Notes: a model not told the origin generated them from the letters alone. 64,000 nt of DNA from Dehalococcoidia bacterium (GCA_963662435.1 OY759598.1:3504507-3568506), one strand, 5' to 3'. Shown: positions 35,820-46,193, numbered from the stretch's first letter. Program-made: numbers and translations.

Positions 35820-37488
35820 GAGGTGGCTGCGTCTTCTCATCGAGTATCCGCTTCGCCGTCTCCCTGGCTTCTTCTAGAGTATCGACAAAGCGGTCTTCAG
35901 GGACGTCCTTGAGCACGTTTAGGGCATTGAGCGTGGTGGCTGGCAGACCGTCGAGGCCCATCACGACGCACTCGGTTTCCTCCGCCATGGCGGTGTCGAT
36001 CAGCCGCTCGATCACAAGGGCGGCGCTGTCGTCCATATAGAGGGTGTCGGCGAAATTGAGGATGACGACCTCGTGATCTTTGATGTCTTCACCGATGGTG
36101 CTCATCAGCTTGGACGCGGAGGCTACGGAGAACGTTCCCTTGAGGGCCACCAGTCCGACGCGCGCGCTGAAGGCGTCAACCAACTCGCCCTCGTCATTCG
36201 TGTTCCCGAAGAAGATATGGTCGAGAATCGGCACGGAGATTACGCTGTCCATTTCCAGGCGTTCGATTTGGCGGGCGCTGGTGACGGCGGCGGCGATCAT
36301 GCCCACGGCCACCGCGGTAATCAGGTCGAGGAACACGGTAAGTATGAGGGTAAGCAACATTACGAGGAGGTGTTCCCTCTGAACGCGGAGAATGCGGGTG
36401 ATGAAGCGCCAGTCGATGGTGTCCCAGCCGACTTTCATGAGGATGCCCGCGAGGACGGCGTGGGGAATCGACTCGACATACCTTCCCAGGCCCAGGACAA
36501 TTGCGAGCAGGATCACCACACAGAGGACTCCCGACAGCGGTGTCCATCCGCCGGCCCTTATGTTCGCCACGGTGCCGGGAGTTGCGCCCGCGCCGGGAAG
36601 CGCCCCGATGAATCCGGCAACGACGTTCCCCATGCCCTGTCCGAGCAGCTCCCTGTCCGGGCTGTGGCGGGTGCGCGTTTCGGAGTCCGCCACCAGTGAC
36701 GTGAGTAGGGTGTCGACCGAGCTCACGAGTGCGATTACCAGGGCCGGCTGGATGGAGCTCAGCAGCATTTGCCAAGAAATGGCGGGCATCTGGAGTTCCG
36801 GCAGGCCGGTTGGCACCTCGCCGATGACGGGCGCATCGCTCAGCCAGAGAACTCCGAGCAGGGTTCCGACCGATAGGGCCGCAAGCGTGGAGGGGAGATA
36901 TTTGTTTAGTCTGTTGGGCCAAAGCACGGCAACGGCAAGGGTGGCGGCGGCGATGATCAGCGCGGGAGCCCTGAAATCGCTGAGCAAGTCGGGCCAGGTT
37001 CGAATGGCTTCCACGGGCCCGCCGGTGGCGATTTCCACGCCCACGAAAGGCAGCGTCTGCACCAGTATGATGATGATGCCGACGCCCGACATGAACCCCG
37101 AGATAACCGAGTACGGGGTGTATGCCACGAATCGTCCGATCCGCAGCAGGCCCAGAAGGACCTGTATGAGCCCAGCCATGATGACTATCGTGAATGCCTT
37201 GGCCAGGTTGTCCGCGTTGGCACTGACGATGACCGTCATTGCCACCAGCATCGAGCCCGTGGGACCCGATATCTGCGAACGTGTTCCTCCAAACACCGCC
37301 GCGAAGAAACCCACTGCGACCGCCCCGTAGAGTCCGGCGATCGCTCCCAAGCCGGACGCTATGCCGAACGCCAACGCCACAGGCAGCCCAACAACTGCCG
37401 ACGTAATGCCACCAAAGACGTCGCCGCGGAGGGTCTGGAGGTCGTAGCGTCTGTCTTCTTGGCGTGTCGTCAATGCCACTCCGCGCAT
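35806..37488 (-). CDS. SulP family inorganic anion transporter with STAS domain (start uncertain)
   Basis: GDVFGGITSAVVGLPVALAFG, GLYGA, ISGPTG, RELLGQG, YMDDSA. Confidence 0.93.
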   Translation of the reverse strand: MRGVALTTRQEDRRYDLQTLRGDVFGGITSAVVGLPVALAFGIASGLGAIAGLYGAVAVGFFAAVFGGTRSQISGPTGSMLVAMTVIVSANADNLAKAFTIVIMAGLIQVLLGLLRIGRFVAYTPYSVISGFMSGVGIIIILVQTLPFVGVEIATGGPVEAIRTWPDLLSDFRAPALIIAAATLAVAVLWPNRLNKYLPSTLAALSVGTLLGVLWLSDAPVIGEVPTGLPELQMPAISWQMLLSSIQPALVIALVSSVDTLLTSLVADSETRTRHSPDRELLGQGMGNVVAGFIGALPGAGATPGTVANIRAGGWTPLSGVLCVVILLAIVLGLGRYVESIPHAVLAGILMKVGWDTIDWRFITRILRVQREHLLVMLLTLILTVFLDLITAVAVGMIAAAVTSARQIERLEMDSVISVPILDHIFFGNTNDEGELVDAFSARVGLVALKGTFSVASASKLMSTIGEDIKDHEVVILNFADTLYMDDSAALVIERLIDTAMAEETECVVMGLDGLPATTLNALNVLKDVPEDRFVDTLEEARETAKRILDEKTQPPLTAE

Positions 37489-37808
37489 CTGCAGGCTGAG
37501 GAAATGCCCTACCGCGTCGGAACGATCCCATTCGCTAACAGCGTTGTGCACCGTGGAACCGTCGGGATGTTATCACAGTGGGACGGCGGTGCAATTGGGG
37601 CGCGCTGAGGGTAACCGCAATCATCCTAAACCAACGCATATCATTTGGATGTTAATTTCGGGTAAATTTGTTGTGAGTTTCTGTAATCTCTTGCCAGGTT
37701 AGACGCTTGCGGGTGAGGGTTTTGGATTTGATCGGTTCCGCGGCAATCAACGTCACCTAGGCAACAGCATCGGTTGCGCCGCTTCAGGCCGGTAGCGGCG
37801 GGCGAGTT

Positions 37809-37888
37809 TGGTGGAGGCGGGGGAGAGTCGAATTCCCTGTCCGGAGGAGACTCCGGGCTAGAACGTGTACGGGTGTAGCCGGTATTGG
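37809..37888 (-). pseudogene. Diverged copy of the tmRNA 3' end
   Basis: Reverse complement aligns ungapped to 45778-45857 with 11 mismatches in 80 nt by manual comparison, ending CTCCACCA. Confidence 0.88.
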
Positions 37889-37909
37889 GAGAGGGCTCCG
37901 CCCAGATTC

Positions 37910-38692
37910 TTACGGCGCGAGCGCCTCGTCGAATATCCGCGTGAAGTGCTCGAACGCCACGGTGTTGTCGACGTTCTGACAATCGAGGGCTTTCGATGAG
38001 GTCGTCTCGTCGGTGAAGTCCCAAACTGGAGGCTGGTCGAAGGTCCAGCGGCGTAGCGAGCGGTAGTGCGGCGAGAGCAGCGCGTCGGTCACATCGCTCC
38101 GCGAGCCGCTGGGATAGGCGAAGTGTTCCGGCACGCAGCCGAGGTTGTCCGCGAAGACATCGTTGGAAGGCACGATCTCGGCCATAAGCGCGTCTTCTCC
38201 CTGCTGCTCGTATACTTGACCCAGCTTTGGATGCGTGGCCGTGTGCGCTCCTATCTCCCACCCGGCGTCGTACAGCTCGCGGCAGTGGTCCCATGTCAGG
38301 AAGGGCTTGATGACGAATCCCTCGGTCGTCGTGGTGATTCCGGCGGGAAGTCCCTTGGATGACGCGTCGGTAGGCTCACTGATGACGTAGCATGTACCGG
38401 TCACGCGCAGCTCGTCCAAAATTGGCATGACGACTGTGCGCGTGTCGAGCCAGCCGTTGTCGAAGTGCAGCGCGACAGCCTTCTCCGGCAGTTCACCTTC
38501 GTCCTCCAGCCAGTCGACGATCTGTGTAGTCGAGAGGACCTGCCATCCGTTTTCGAGGACGAAGTCCATGTGTCTGCGGAATTCCGACTCCGCAATCACT
38601 CCCGATGCCTTCTTGTCGGTGGTGATTGCAAGTTCCGGGTGGTCGTCGGGGTACACGTGGTGGTAGACGAGGATGGGAACGCGGCGGGTCAT
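37910..38692 (-). CDS. Polysaccharide deacetylase family protein
   Basis: PILVYHHV, LHFDNG, EIGAHTATHP, FAYPSG. Confidence 0.88.
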   Translation of the reverse strand: MTRRVPILVYHHVYPDDHPELAITTDKKASGVIAESEFRRHMDFVLENGWQVLSTTQIVDWLEDEGELPEKAVALHFDNGWLDTRTVVMPILDELRVTGTCYVISEPTDASSKGLPAGITTTTEGFVIKPFLTWDHCRELYDAGWEIGAHTATHPKLGQVYEQQGEDALMAEIVPSNDVFADNLGCVPEHFAYPSGSRSDVTDALLSPHYRSLRRWTFDQPPVWDFTDETTSSKALDCQNVDNTVAFEHFTRIFDEALAP

Positions 38693-38859
38693 TGGGTGAC
38701 AGGTCTCCGATTCGAGATGTTGGATTCGAGTCACAGTCTATCGTATTCGACGGGGAGAGAGTTCAAGGGAACCGATCGCGTGACATGGGTAGTCATTCAA
38801 GACAACCTGATATCATGTCCGGCACCTCAAGTCTGAAACCACTTCAAGGAGCATAAAGC

Positions 38860-39171
38860 ATGTACGTTATTCGACGAGTCTACAAGGTCAAGCCCGGGCA
38901 GACGAAGAACGCCGCGGAGCTGATCTACAAGATAGGCAACCGCTATACCGATGCGGGCCAGCGCGACCAGGTGCGAGTGTATTGGAGCGGGTACACCATG
39001 CCCGGCCCCCCGAACACGGTCTACATGGAGTGGACGCAGGAAAAGATCGAGTCACCCTACCGTGCGGGCAACGACATGCCAAGCATGGGAGACCTCAGCA
39101 CTCAGCTCAGGGAGATGGTGGAAGAGCAGAGCATCGAGTTCTACGAGATGTACACGCCCGAGAAGGGGTAG
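38860..39171 (+). CDS. Small hypothetical protein (dimeric alpha-beta barrel/NIPSNAP-like)
   Basis: AAGGAG RBS; MYVIRRVYKVKPG...TVYMEW...EFYE. Confidence 0.7.
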   Translation: MYVIRRVYKVKPGQTKNAAELIYKIGNRYTDAGQRDQVRVYWSGYTMPGPPNTVYMEWTQEKIESPYRAGNDMPSMGDLSTQLREMVEEQSIEFYEMYTPEKG

Positions 39172-39185
39172 CGCTGGAAGCGTCT

Positions 39186-40676
39186 CTACCGGCTGCGCAG
39201 CTGCGGGAACAGGACAACCTCGCGGATGCTTCGCCTGCCTGCGAACACCATCATGAGGCGGTCTATCCCGATACCCAGTCCCCCTGTGGGCGGCATCCCG
39301 TGCTCTATGGCCGTAAGGAACTCCTCGTCGAGGCGGTCGGTATCCTCGTCCTCGAACCGGCTGCGTAGCTGCTCCTGCTGCTCCATGCGCTGCCGCTGGT
39401 CGATGGGGTCGTTCAACTCGGTGAACGAGTTGCAGATCTCCATACCGGCGATGAATCCCTCGAACCGCTCCACCAGGCGGTCGTCGTCGCGCTTCTTCTT
39501 GGCAAGAGGCGACATCTCGACGGGGTAGTCGACGAGGAACGAAGGCTGCACGAGGTGCGGCTCGACGGTGTCGGAAAGCAACTTGTCGAGCAGGCCGCCC
39601 CAGCTCATCTGGTGTCCGACATCCAGGCCTATAGCGGCCATCTCGCTCTTCAGCGACTCGATGTCGCTAGCCTCAAGGAAGTCTATGCCGCTGCGTCGCT
39701 TGATCTCCTCGCGCAGGTCGAGACGAGGCCATGGCGGCGTGAGGTCGATGGTCGTTCCCTCGAACTCGACAGTCGCCGATCCGAGCACGTCCTGCGCCAT
39801 CGTGAAGACCATCTGCTCGACCATCTCCATCACGTCGGCGTAATCGGCGAAAGCCTCGTAGCTCTCCATCGTGGTAAACTCCGGGTTGTGCGTCACGTCG
39901 ACACCCTCGTTGCGAAAGACGCGCCCGATCTCGTAGACCTTCTCGATGCCTCCCACGATCAGCTGCTTGAGGTGGAGTTCCGTGGCGATACGCAGAAAGA
40001 GGTCGCGGTCGAGGGCGTTGTGGTGCGTGGCGAAGGGTCGCGCGGTCCCACCGGCGGGGACCTGAACCAGCATTGGAGTCTCCACCTCCATGAAGCCGCG
40101 ACCGTCCATGAATCGCCGCAGGGCGCTGATCGCCCTGCTCCGCATGACGGCGATTCTACGACTATCCTCGCTCGCTATCAGGTCGAGGTAGCGCTGGCGG
40201 AAACGGGCCTCCACGTCGGTCAGGCCGTGCCACTTCTCCGGCAGGCCGCGAATGGCCTTGGAAAGGACCGTCCAGTCCTCGACCTCGATGGTGGCCTCCC
40301 CCGTTCGGGTGCGGAAGACTGGGCCGGTCGCCCCTATCCAGTCGCCAATATCGAGATCCTTGAGAGTGGCATAGCTCTCGCTGAGATTGTTTCGCCGAAA
40401 GAGGAGTTGGACTTTGCCCTCGCCATCCTGGATATCGGCGAACGTGGCGCGTCCCATTCCGCGGTAGCGGACGATTCGCCCGCCGACGGATACGCTCTCC
40501 GTTCGAGCTTCGTCCTCGCCCTCGTGCTCGGCTTCCGCTTGATCGAGTAGATCGATGGCTTGCTTGGACGTGTGAGTCCTATCGTATCTGTGGGGATATG
40601 GGTCAACGCCGGCGTCTCGAAGCCTCTGGAGCTTATCGAGACGCACGTTGATCAGTTGATTTTCCGGTTCGGACAT
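39186..40676 (-). CDS. lysS: Lysine--tRNA ligase (class II)
   Basis: LPEKWHGL, RQRYLDL, FRNEG, HNPEFT, GMPPTGGLGIGIDR. Confidence 0.98.
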   Translation of the reverse strand: MSEPENQLINVRLDKLQRLRDAGVDPYPHRYDRTHTSKQAIDLLDQAEAEHEGEDEARTESVSVGGRIVRYRGMGRATFADIQDGEGKVQLLFRRNNLSESYATLKDLDIGDWIGATGPVFRTRTGEATIEVEDWTVLSKAIRGLPEKWHGLTDVEARFRQRYLDLIASEDSRRIAVMRSRAISALRRFMDGRGFMEVETPMLVQVPAGGTARPFATHHNALDRDLFLRIATELHLKQLIVGGIEKVYEIGRVFRNEGVDVTHNPEFTTMESYEAFADYADVMEMVEQMVFTMAQDVLGSATVEFEGTTIDLTPPWPRLDLREEIKRRSGIDFLEASDIESLKSEMAAIGLDVGHQMSWGGLLDKLLSDTVEPHLVQPSFLVDYPVEMSPLAKKKRDDDRLVERFEGFIAGMEICNSFTELNDPIDQRQRMEQQEQLRSRFEDEDTDRLDEEFLTAIEHGMPPTGGLGIGIDRLMMVFAGRRSIREVVLFPQLRSR

Positions 40677-40693
40677 CTGACGTGCCTCCGTAC

Positions 40694-40730
40694 AAAAGCG
40701 GGGGCGCCTCTCATAGGAAGGGCGCCCCCG
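40694..40730 (-). terminator. Intrinsic terminator-like hairpin between greA and lysS
   Basis: Minus strand CGGGGGCGCC...GGCGCCCCCG-CTTTT. Confidence 0.6.
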
Positions 40731-40764
40731 TGCGTGCCGCTTTTTCCAAGTAGCGAGGTCCTTC

Positions 40765-41235
40765 CTAGCGTACCCTCGTGATCGTCAGCTTATTGACCCC
40801 CGAAGGGGTCTCGACCTCCACGATATCCCCGACCCTATGGCCCACGAGCGCCTTACCGACGGGGGACTCTATCGATATCTTGCCTTCCAGCGGGGCGACC
40901 TCGGCCGACCCGACGATCTGGTACTGCCGCCTGCGCTTCGTTCCGTCTCGGACATTGACAGACGAGCCGAACCCGATCACGCCCTTTTCAACCATGCTCT
41001 TGTCGGCCACGACCGCAAGATCAAGGACACCTTCGATTACCGAAATTCTCTCTTCGACGAGGGCCAGCTCGTTCTTGGCCTCTTCGTATTCGGCGTTTTC
41101 CTCTACGCCCCCGGAATCGTGGGCCTCGGTGATTTTCGCGGCAACCTCCTGGCGTCGCACGTTCTGAAGGTGCGCCAGCTCATCTTCGAGCTTCTTCATG
41201 CCCTCTGGAGTGAGGTATTGAGGGTGTCTGTCCAT
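40765..41235 (-). CDS. greA: Transcription elongation factor GreA
   Basis: LTPEG, ENAEYEEAK, ISIESPVGKALVG. Confidence 0.93.
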   Translation of the reverse strand: MDRHPQYLTPEGMKKLEDELAHLQNVRRQEVAAKITEAHDSGGVEENAEYEEAKNELALVEERISVIEGVLDLAVVADKSMVEKGVIGFGSSVNVRDGTKRRRQYQIVGSAEVAPLEGKISIESPVGKALVGHRVGDIVEVETPSGVNKLTITRVR

Positions 41236-41399
41236 GGGTGGCCCCCAAATAGGCGGCGCCAGCCGAGTGGCCCACCGACATTCTGCGGCAACACCGAATG
41301 ATTCACGTATATTGTAGCCCCTCGAATAAGCGTGTGTAAACGAACGTACAGGACTCCTGTGCTATACTCGCTCCCAACCTCTGACAGGGAGATTCCTGC

Positions 41400-42128
41400 A
41401 TGACGCGCGGTGACGGTCGCCTATACGATGAGCTACGTCCCACACGCATCGAAGTGGACACGCTGATGTTTGCCGAAGGCTCGGCCACCATCGAGACTGG
41501 TCACACCAGGGTGCTGTGCGCCGTCAGCGTCGAGGATGGCGTGCCCCCGTTCCTGCAGGACTCCGGGCAGGGCTGGATAACGGCTGAGTACGCCATGCTC
41601 CCGCGTGCCACGCTCACCCGGACACGCCGGGAGGGACGCAGTGGGCCGAAGGGGAGGACGCAGGAGATCCAGCGCCTCATCGGTCGCTCGCTCCGGGCCG
41701 CCGTCGATCTCGACAAGCTCGGCGAGCGGACGATCACCGTCGACTGCGACGTCATCCAGGCGGACGGCGGCACGCGCACCGCCTCGATCACGGGGGCCTA
41801 TGTCGCCCTCTACCGTGCGCTGTCGGGCCTCGTGGCGGACGATATCCTGCTCGAACTGCCGCTGAGGTGCGGAGTCGCATCCACCAGCGTCGGAATCCAC
41901 GAAGGTGAAGTGCTGCTCGATCTCAACTACGAGGAGGACTCGCAGGCGGAGGTCGACTTCAACGTCGTGATGACTGACCTTGGCGAGTTCGTCGAGGTTC
42001 AGGGCACGGCGGAGGAAGGCTCTTTCTCACGCGAGTCCCTGGACGAGATTATCGATCTCGCGGCGCAGGGCATCGATACGCTATTCGGTATCCAGCAGAG
42101 GGCCTTGGAGTCCGCGTCCGGCGGGTAG
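41400..42128 (+). CDS. rph: Ribonuclease PH
   Basis: [47 protein letters not shown]. Confidence 0.97.
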   Translation: MTRGDGRLYDELRPTRIEVDTLMFAEGSATIETGHTRVLCAVSVEDGVPPFLQDSGQGWITAEYAMLPRATLTRTRREGRSGPKGRTQEIQRLIGRSLRAAVDLDKLGERTITVDCDVIQADGGTRTASITGAYVALYRALSGLVADDILLELPLRCGVASTSVGIHEGEVLLDLNYEEDSQAEVDFNVVMTDLGEFVEVQGTAEEGSFSRESLDEIIDLAAQGIDTLFGIQQRALESASGG

Positions 42129-42388
42129 AGTCACTACGTCGTTACGGCATCTGTGCTTTCCCCAATCTGTCATTCCGAACGCAGCGGAGCGAAGTGAGGA
42201 ATCTAATGTCTTCGTATGCTTGTTGGCCCAAATGACGAGCACTGGGTATCTTAGATTCCTCGCTCCGCTCGGAATGACAGATCGCTTTTACGGTTAGGCA
42301 AAGCCCCACACCACTGGTGCGACGAGTTATCCGTGATGAGGACGCGCAATAGGCGAAGGCTAACCGTAGCCGAGAAATGAGCCCGCCC

Positions 42389-43156
42389 TTACGGCTTCTG
42401 TACAAGCTGGATGTTCGGCTCTCGCACCGAGTGGACGGTGTAGGTGAGGGACGGCGCGACTGTGGCTCCCTCGTTGCTGGCGACGATCTCAACCTGGGTC
42501 GGACCGTGGAGGTACTCGACCTTCCCGTCGCTCAACCGGAATGGGCGATCGTGCCCCGGATAGAAGACATCCGATGCGTCGAGTATCTTCTCTACGCTCT
42601 CCGTGGCGTCGTTCACGTCCCAGAATACGTTGTAGGGAATTCGTCGAGTGACTGTGCCGCCGTCGGGCATGGCGTCACCGGCAACGAGAATATTCTCGTC
42701 ATCAACTTCGGCGACAATGCTGATGTGCCCCAGCGTATGCCCCGGCGTGTCGATGATGGATATGCCGTCTGCCACCACGTCTCCGTCGGAGATCGGCTCG
42801 ACTCGCATCTTGTCCATCATCTCGGCGATGTACTTGGCGGCGTTGTGGTCGGCGGGATTGGGATTGTGGGCGTAGTCGATCTCCTTCGGATGGACGAGGA
42901 TGCGCGCATTGGTGAACATGTCGGTGTTCTGGCAATGGTCCCAGTGCATGTGCGTGAGGATGACGAGGTCGATGTCCTCGGGCGCGAGGCCGTGCGAATC
43001 GAGGGTGGCGTGTAGGAGACCCCGACGTGACGCAGGGCCGGTGTCCACCACGATGTTCTGCTTACCGACCTGCAGGAGAGAGATGGACGACCAACCGAAG
43101 CCGCCCTCCGGCGAGATGAACGAGAATCCATAGGTCAGCACGTCGAGATTTGCCAT
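42389..43156 (-). CDS. MBL-fold metallo-hydrolase
   Basis: VDTG, THMHWDH, TPGHTLGH, AGDA, PGHD. Confidence 0.92.
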   Translation of the reverse strand: MANLDVLTYGFSFISPEGGFGWSSISLLQVGKQNIVVDTGPASRRGLLHATLDSHGLAPEDIDLVILTHMHWDHCQNTDMFTNARILVHPKEIDYAHNPNPADHNAAKYIAEMMDKMRVEPISDGDVVADGISIIDTPGHTLGHISIVAEVDDENILVAGDAMPDGGTVTRRIPYNVFWDVNDATESVEKILDASDVFYPGHDRPFRLSDGKVEYLHGPTQVEIVASNEGATVAPSLTYTVHSVREPNIQLVQKP

Positions 43157-43369
43157 GGGATATCTGCCTTTCCTGGACAGTGATTCCGCGACTCAGGTAG
43201 GCCGCGATGGTACCACATCGTAGGGCAGGGCACTGAATAGGACATGGCCTCCCTGTGCGGTGGAATAAGGCAACGGACAGTGTCTACGATGCGTCTTCGG
43301 TCGGGTGCCAGACTAGCCGTAGTGGCCCCAACTCGCGGCGAAAACGCTTGAAATCAGGTTCAAGGCCCG

Positions 43370-43398
43370 TGATATACTTGACTAAGTTACTCCACAAT
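43370..43398 (+). promoter_or_regulatory. Extended -10 promoter overlapped by an Rrf2/IscR-like operator
   Basis: TGATATACT; ATACTTGACTAAGTTACTCCACAAT (43374-43398) resembles the IscR type-1 box ATASYYGACTRWWWYAGTCRRSTAT at 21/25 positions. Confidence 0.5.
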
Positions 43399-43419
43399 TC
43401 GCAATCGGGGATTTGGAAA

Positions 43420-43554
43420 TTGGCGTTCCGCCAACCACGTGAAGACTGCACCTGTACGAGGCGCTCCACCTAGGAAAACAGCGTCGCGCAGTCGCCCCGC
43501 GCTCCGGATAACGGCTCCACTGTGAAGACCTGTGTGCTTCCGTGGAGCGTTTTT
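43420..43554 (+). promoter_or_regulatory. Putative Cys-containing leader peptide plus terminator (attenuator)
   Basis: TTG-start 17-aa ORF MAFRQPREDCTCTRRST (43420-43473); hairpin GCTCCAC...GTGGAGC followed by GTTTTT. Confidence 0.4.
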
Positions 43555-43625
43555 GTTGAATGGCCCACTCAGGTCATCGGCGTCACCGAGACGAACCCCA
43601 TGAAAGTTCCGGGAGATTGAATAGC

Positions 43626-44465
43626 ATGGTCGCAACCACAACACCGCAGGTCCAAACCCTCACGCCGTATCAGGTACAGCGGTACAGCAGGCACATCATC
43701 ATGCCGCAGGTCGGCAGCTCAGGGCAGCGCGCCCTGCTGAACGCCAAGGTGCTCGTGGTCGGAGCGGGAGGGCTCGGCTCTCCGATCTCCCTGTATCTCG
43801 CCCTCGCGGGTGTTGGGACGATTGGCATCATCGACTTCGACGACGTGGACATCACCAATCTCCAGCGCCAGATCCTCCATCAGAACGACGACATAGGGCG
43901 GCCCAAGGTCGATTCGGCCCGGGACACGATAACCGCATACAATCCCGACGTGGACGTGGTCACGCACAATACGCCGCTCAACGCCGAGAACGCGTTGGAC
44001 ATCTTCGCCGGCTACGACATTATCGTAAGCGGCGCCGACAACTTCGCGGTGCGGTACCTCATCAACGATGCCGCCTACCTGAGCAACAAGCCCCTGGTCG
44101 ACGGCAGCGTCCTCATCTTCGACGGTCGCGCGACGGTCTATGAACCCGGGAAGGGCTGCTACCGCTGCGTGTTCCCGGACCCTCCCCCGCCGGGAGAGGT
44201 CCCGAACTGCGCCGAGGCCGGTGTGCTGGGGATGATGCCCGGTCTCGTCGGCACGATCCAGGCTACGGAGACCGTCAAGCTCATCATGGGCATCGGGGAG
44301 AACCTCACGGGCCGGATGCTGCTCATCGACGGGCTGACGATGGAGTTCCGCGAACTCAAGATCAGGCGGAACCCGAACTGCCCGCTCTGCGGCGACAATC
44401 CGACGGTGAGGGAGCTCATAGACTACGAAATCTTCTGCGGCGTGTCGGTGACGGGCGAAGGGTAG
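43626..44465 (+). CDS. moeB: MoeB/ThiF family adenylyltransferase
   Basis: RYSRHI, VGAGGLGSP, NLQRQILH, CYRC, NCAEAGVLG, CPLC. Confidence 0.9.
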   Translation: MVATTTPQVQTLTPYQVQRYSRHIIMPQVGSSGQRALLNAKVLVVGAGGLGSPISLYLALAGVGTIGIIDFDDVDITNLQRQILHQNDDIGRPKVDSARDTITAYNPDVDVVTHNTPLNAENALDIFAGYDIIVSGADNFAVRYLINDAAYLSNKPLVDGSVLIFDGRATVYEPGKGCYRCVFPDPPPPGEVPNCAEAGVLGMMPGLVGTIQATETVKLIMGIGENLTGRMLLIDGLTMEFRELKIRRNPNCPLCGDNPTVRELIDYEIFCGVSVTGEG

Positions 44466-44544
44466 AGGCAGAGGGCAACTGACCGGAATACCGAAAGCAA
44501 TTTACAACACCAGAAATAGAGAAAGTGAGTGTGAGGAGGAAGTA

Positions 44545-45396
44545 ATGGGAACACAAGTAGCACATCCTGAATCAATAGTAGGTACCGACTGGGTAGCGGA
44601 GCACGGGAACGACGACAACGTCGTACTCGTCGAGGTGGACGTGGATACCGAGGCTTACGACCAGGGGCACATCCCCGGCGCCATCGGCTGGAACTGGACC
44701 ACCCAATTGAACGACACGGTGACGCGCGACATCCTGAACAAAGAGCAGATCGAGTGCCTGCTCGGATCGTCCGGCATTTCCCCGGATACGACGGTCATCG
44801 TCTACGGCGACAACAACAACTGGTTTGCCACCTACGCGTTCTGGCAGCTCAAGATCTACGGCCACTCCGACGTGCGCGTCATGGACGGCGGGCGAGTCAA
44901 GTGGGTGAGCGAGGGACGCGACCTGACGACAGACGTGCCAAGCGTGGAAGCGACGTCCTACACCGCGAGTGACCCGGACCTCAGCACGCGAGCCACCCGC
45001 GACGACATGCTCAGTATCGCCAGTGGAGAGACCTCTTCGGCCATGGTCGACGTGCGAGCGCCCGCGGAGTTCAGCGGCGAGCTCCTGGCGCCGGCAAACC
45101 TTCCGCAGGAGGGTTCGCAGCGAGGCGGCCACATACCCGGGGCGACGAACATCCCCTGGCTTACGGCCGTCAACGAGGACGACGGGTCGTTCAAGTCCGT
45201 CGAGGACCTTCAAGCGGCGTACCAAGGAAAGGGCATCACCGGAGACGGCCCGACCGTGGCCTACTGCCGCATCGGCGAGCGCTCGTCGCACACGTGGTTC
45301 GTGCTGAGCCAGATTCTCGGCTACGACAACGTCACGAACTACGACGGCTCTTGGACCGAGTACGGAAGCATCGTCGGCGCGCCCATCGAAAAGTAG
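44545..45396 (+). CDS. Two-domain rhodanese sulfurtransferase (SseA/CysA-like)
   Basis: GHIPGA twice, YCRIGERS active-site loop, NYDGSWTEY. Confidence 0.95.
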   Translation: MGTQVAHPESIVGTDWVAEHGNDDNVVLVEVDVDTEAYDQGHIPGAIGWNWTTQLNDTVTRDILNKEQIECLLGSSGISPDTTVIVYGDNNNWFATYAFWQLKIYGHSDVRVMDGGRVKWVSEGRDLTTDVPSVEATSYTASDPDLSTRATRDDMLSIASGETSSAMVDVRAPAEFSGELLAPANLPQEGSQRGGHIPGATNIPWLTAVNEDDGSFKSVEDLQAAYQGKGITGDGPTVAYCRIGERSSHTWFVLSQILGYDNVTNYDGSWTEYGSIVGAPIEK

Positions 45397-45501
45397 AGCA
45401 GCTGTTTAGGGTTCAACAATCTCTCCCTCGTCGAACGGGGGAGAGATACAGAGTGGGGGCGCTCGACCCCCTGTGATATACTCAGTAGGCAACCATTTTG
45501 T

Positions 45502-45857
45502 GGGGACGCGTGGCTTCGACAGGGGAAGCCTCCGCGGGACTGCAGGTCGAGGTGCCATCAACCCTCGCTAAACCGGTGGCAACCATAATAACAGGCAAGC
45601 AAGAGCTAGCCCTAGCCGCTTAAGCGCGGCTACGTTCACCCGTTTCGCTCCTCGACGGGGCGGGATGAGCGACGACACTCGAGGTGCTGTCCGACGGACG
45701 CCGATAAGAAGGACAAAAGACTCATCGGCTGGCCACCGACATGACCGACGCCGGTTAGGGCGGTCGGAGGCGAGAAACCAATACCGGCTAAACCTGTAGA
45801 CGTTCTAGTCCGGAGCCTCTTCTGGACGGGGAGTTCGACCCTCCCCCGTCTCCACCA
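45502..45857 (+). ncRNA. ssrA: tmRNA; tag peptide (A)GKQELALAA at 45594-45623
   Basis: 5' GGGGACG...TTCGAC, tag ORF ending LALAA-TAA, 3' GGAGTTCGACCCTCC...CGTCTCCACCA; TGATATACT promoter upstream. Confidence 0.96.
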
Positions 45858-45881
45858 CTTCAGTCCACTGCCCACGTCTCT

Positions 45882-46178
45882 CTAGCTCATAGGTTGCGGC
45901 TCGTAACGCTTCACCTTTATTCGGTTCTCGCTCCTGCGTGCTTGTGCCAGATCGTAAGCGGTCTGCCGTCTGAGCCAGAAGTCCGCATCGGACCATCCCG
46001 CCTTCTCAAGGCGAATGGCCATCTCAGGTGAAATGGCGGCATGACCGTTCAGTACGTGCGAGAGCGTGTGACGCGCTACACTCATTACTCGCGTGCCTTG
46101 GGTAACGTTCAGGCCAAGGGGCTCCAGTCAGTTCTGCTTGATGCTGCGTCCGGGATGCGGTGGGCTCTTCATCGCCAT
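45882..46178 (-). pseudogene. higA: HigA-family antitoxin with in-frame TGA at 46128-46130
   Basis: [25 protein letters not shown]...[18 protein letters not shown]...[11 protein letters not shown]. Confidence 0.85.
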
Positions 46179-46193
46179 TGTCTTGTCCTCTTG

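Noticed and set aside
46128..46130. TGA in higA as selenocysteine
   Set aside because: HigA is not a known selenoprotein, no SECIS-like hairpin was evident, and the partner higB is also broken
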